In this document: in pieces, positions 60,175 to 64,000 of the stretch
How the letters are laid out: every line of letters starts with the position of its first letter
Numbering within the stretch: the stretch's first letter is position 1
Assembly (NCBI GenBank): GCA_002633005.1
Contig: NMRA01000150.1
Span: 30,071-94,070 of the forward strand
Length of the DNA stretch: 64,000 bases
Reading direction: 5' to 3'
Origin: Phoronis australis
Taxonomy: Eukaryota; Animalia; Phoronida
Position numbers and translations under genes: made by a program
Notes under the pieces: generated by a model
The model's input: the letters and a program-made list of their open reading frames with translations, nothing else
The model's database searches: none
Told to the model about the DNA's origin: nothing

Positions 60175-60594
60175 GTAAGTATTGCTATACATCATTTGTG
60201 CCAGATTTGCTTGTGCAGTTAAAGTTCTCCAGGTTTGGAAAAAATCACAAAATTGATCTTTTTCATTTTTCAGAGGCTTCTAGCATTGCTATGAATGTTG
60301 ACAATTTCTCAGAAACAAAGCATGAAGGTAGCTATTGGATTAAACTTAAAAATTACTAAGCATTTATTTAGCGTATGGGTACTGGAGCAGGGGTAAATAT
60401 CGTTAATTATAATTCACACCTTTCTAAAATTCAACATTTTCTGACAAAATTGAACTTTGTGGTTTGAATTATAGTCTATTAGGTCAATGTTAGAGCTCCA
60501 GTTATGTTTTCTGAAGTTTATATTTGCTTCTAACTATGAAAACAGGAATCAAAACAAAAAAGTTAAAGGATTGTCGCTGATAAAAATTAAACTG

Positions 60595-61040
60595 TGCAGG
60601 CATAAATATGTGAGCGCATTATGCCATCATCCCTATCCTTCTGGTATCCGCTACTCTGTCTCCTAATCCCTTTGATGTATGTTCAGGAAATTTTGCAGAT
60701 ATATTCCTTTTATGGATGAGATGGCATGAGCAAATTTTCGTACCGATTCAACTGTGCCCCATAGTAGCATTTTTAGTTTTTTACATTTCAGGTGTTCTTG
60801 ATGGATTTTCATAAAATTTAGCAATTCGGCATCTATTAGTGAGATGATGCTACCTTCCTGTTCTCGAATGGATTTGGGGGTATTAGCGCCACCTAGTAGC
60901 CATTTTTACTGTTTTTGAGTATGTTTTTGGTGTCTGGCCCTCTATCAACCTAACCACTCCAAAGATATTTGTGAAATTTGGCGTACATGTTTCTACAGCA
61001 AAGAGGATGGCTGACGATTGTCAGGCGATTTCGACTACTC
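60595..61040 (+). mobile_element. Truncated HINE-like fragment of the 44309-50429 family
   Basis: ATATGTGAGCGCATTATGCC.TCATC, GGCATGAGCAAA, GGCATCTATTAGTGAGATGATGC and CTATCAACC.AACCACTC are shared with 44330-44500 and 47900-48180. Confidence 0.65.
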
Positions 61041-61434
61041 TTTTTTCTTGTATAACTTATTCACTAACTTATGTTATGTTAGAAAGTAAGCATGCATATC
61101 ATTCCATTGTATTCAATACCTTTGTAATCAACTATGTTGCCAGGAAAAAACAAAGCACTTTTTTCAGAATCGCCAGTTTGCTCTGACTTAGCTTTTCAGT
61201 GGAGCTCTTTATCCATGCAACTCAGCCCTGTTACAATCTTGGGATGACACACTAAAGATATCTGCTACTGGCAAAGCCATACTTTACCGCTGTTGCCATA
61301 GCACGTCCACTGTATGTTACTTCTTGTACAAACACCCTATCCTAAACAACTATCATCATTTTACGTTGAGGCGTTTCCATAGTACTTCCACTGTCTACAC
61401 ACTATTCACTGTAGATACAGGTGCTAACAAGTTT

Positions 61435-62776
61435 CAGGCCCATAGCCAGCGATGAGCAGGGGTTGGTTCGAATTTCTAGAATGGTGGACCTTTGATATTT
61501 TGCAAATGTCGAAACTGTAGTTTCCGATAAGACCCTTGATGCAGCTTAATTACGGGGAAATCTGTATACATGACCATGACTCACAACTCTATGTTCCTGA
61601 GCTGAGACGGAATTTGTAATACCAGAAATGAGGATGCTGTGACGGTTGTTCACAAAGAACGGTACTCAAATTCGGATGTAATCTGGTCCAGAAAGAGAAC
61701 GTTCTCGCTTTACCTTCTGCCAAAATTTCAAATCGGGCATTACACCTCATTACATACACGGACGGAAATATGAAGTTAACTCGAAGAATGACTTGAAGAA
61801 AATGTTTATCTGGTTGTATTTTGCGTCTTACTTATTACATCACTGGAAATAGGAACACCCCACTTTTTCGAAGGCTTGCTACTTCGAAGGTTCACAACTC
61901 CGAAGGTTCACTGCTGATAATATCTAAAATTTCGGACTCGTGTGTAATTTTTATACTTTACATGCAAAAATAAACAATACTTCGGTTATTAGATGCATTG
62001 AGTGGTGTACCTATACCGAAAACAACGCCTGCATACTAAAAACACTTTCTTTGGATTTTATGCGCATGCGAAATTGCCCGCATGTCTTACTGTTGGCGTG
62101 TACTTTCGAATTTAAAAGAATGGAAACGCAAATACGTGTACACTCATGCATATCAATCCACCAATCCACAGTCAAAGTGGACCCTGGATGAACAACATAT
62201 TTACATTTTTGACGATCACTTTCATTTCGAAATTTGAAAATGCCTGCACTTTACCGTACTATGCTAGCAATTATACCCAAATAGCAAACATCAATTTTCG
62301 GCTGTTTTGTTTCTTAGTCGATTTTAAGGCATTCACAGCGCACTACTTTTTGGGAGCTCTCGCTGCTATATAGCTTACTTAGGTCATAGGACAAGAGTTC
62401 AATGCCTACATGTAAGTATAGATATTCACTTCCATACTCCCTTGTTACCCTTTAGTGAAGCCACCACGAGCGTTCAATGCTGATGAATAACGTAAAGCCT
62501 CCTCTTATCGTCTGCACGATCGTCATCTAAACAAACACCACTGAGGCGAAGTTGGCCGGGTACGACCTGATGCCATGCGAAGCGCTTTGAATCGAAAGCC
62601 AACTCCAAATTATTACTAACTTAGTTATCATTGTAGTTAGCAGTGCCAGTTGCTATCTTGTTGTTGTTGTTCAGCTATGTCCAATCTTTAACGGATATGC
62701 TAGGGCTGGGCCTTTTCCGCGGAGGGGGGAGCGGGGGTTCGATTGAACCCCCTGAACCCCCATGGCTACGAGCCTG
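61435..62776. mobile_element. MITE ends (CAGGCCCATAGCCA / TGGCTACGAGCCTG) enclosing other repeat fragments
   Basis: Imperfect 14-bp TIR pair with G-rich and C-rich subterminal tracts; internal CGAAGG repeats at 61868-61907. The two ends may belong to different copies. Confidence 0.4.
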
Positions 62777-63920
62777 ATTTTTACTGTGACAGAGGTTGAC
62801 TCTCCATCTGGTCTGACTGAAATGGACTGGTGTTCTAAAAAATTAGTCCTGCTGCAGATGTGTGTGCTGATGAGTACCTTAGACACGTTTTCATTCGCTA
62901 TTTGCAGTTCTCATTTGAAAGACATTGATAATGTAATGAGGTCACAAAATAGACAGTTTACGCCTCTGTAGCACTTGACGGGTACACTTGTAGGTGTATA
63001 CTCCACTCAGATGTATTTCTGAGAAACTTCGTCAACTTGCCACAAATCTAAAAGTTGTTCTTATGTTAACATATAACGAGCTTATTTAAAAGGACATATC
63101 TGAAAAAATTACGCAATATGAAATGCATTTTGTTATAACAAAATACAGATGACAAAACATGATTGGCAATTTAAAGCAAACCATTCACGCCCACAAACAT
63201 ACACGCATGCATATCTCTGGTGGGTGTCATTTGCAACTCTAAGTTATCTCAAAATATATGCACCATAAGGGGCCAACTTTTGTTGAAATCGTGAAATGTA
63301 TTTTTTTGGTAAAATATATCTTTTTCAATATTGAAATAATCAAAACCTTTTTCCTTTTTTTTAAATATTCCATGATGGGAGTCGTCACCGCCTATAGATA
63401 TGAACTTTTCCTTAACATACATTTAGATTCATATTTTTATTGAGGAATTTGCTTGAAGGTTGGAATTATGAAAAGTTGTGTTGATGTTTTATTGTGAAAA
63501 ATCAGTACATGATTGACAACAATACAGGTACTTATTGCCGTGGTGTAGCTGGGAAGGAGGGTCCACCCCATGGCGCATCCCAATAGTAGGCTGGGCTATG
63601 ACATTTGAAATTGCTGGTGACTGGGGGGGAGGATAGCTGCTGCACCACTGAGTTACTGTAATATTTTTGGTGAATCTTTATGAAAATGTAAACCGTCACT
63701 AGTTGCGGTTAAAAAACAAAAAATGTACGGGTTTTACGATACATGACAATCTAAAGACGAGTTTGTTTTCGAATAACAAGTATATGTTTCCAGGTACATA
63801 GGAAGGTAAACATAAATTATTAGGGGCACCTATTATTTGTCCCCGGCCTGCTACCATTTTCACCCCGCCGCTATTCTCTCCTTCCTGTTCCCTGGTGGTT
63901 ACCACTATTCTCCCTGTTGC

Positions 63921-64000
63921 TACTTTCTCCCCCCAGTAGCCAATACTTTCCCCCCCAGTAGCCAATACTTTCCCCCCAGTAGCCAATACTTTCTCCCCCC
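63921..64000. repeat. ~21-23 bp tandem repeat running off the window
   Basis: TACTTT(CT)CCCCCCAGTAGCCAA repeated about 3.5 times. Confidence 0.85.

Overview
This is animal (invertebrate, AT-rich, spliced) genomic DNA, not prokaryotic. Two host genes lie on the + strand. One is the last coding exon of an AN1-zinc-finger gene (ZFAND4-like, 2028-2163). The other is the first eight coding exons of adenosine kinase (ADK, 12225 to >60174; 249 codons, all GT-AG, phases consistent, with an NLS-like N-terminus); the gene continues past the window. Most of the rest is nested transposons. ADK intron 1 (20.5 kb) holds a ~14.4 kb decayed AcademX-type DNA transposon (XPG-nuclease motifs, long TIRs built of 300-bp subrepeats). 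That element hosts an intact, very young Ty1/Copia (identical 183-bp LTRs, CCGCA TSD, ~1300-aa ORF), a decayed Mag-like Gypsy (ACGTC TSD) and a 157-bp element. Other introns contain Kolobok/THAP-derived TTAA elements, pogo/Tc1-like TA elements, Helentron-like (HINE) elements, a solo LTR, MITEs and a 37-bp palindromic minisatellite. I see no CRISPR array, rRNA or functional tRNA, and no clear-cut new enzymatic system. The best candidates for novelty are a mini-element that seems to integrate at a fixed CCTG core, the satellite-TIR Academ element with a spliced XPG ORF, reciprocal and four-level nesting, and possible antisense spliced exons diverging from the ADK promoter. All TE superfamily names come from motif recognition by eye and need database confirmation.
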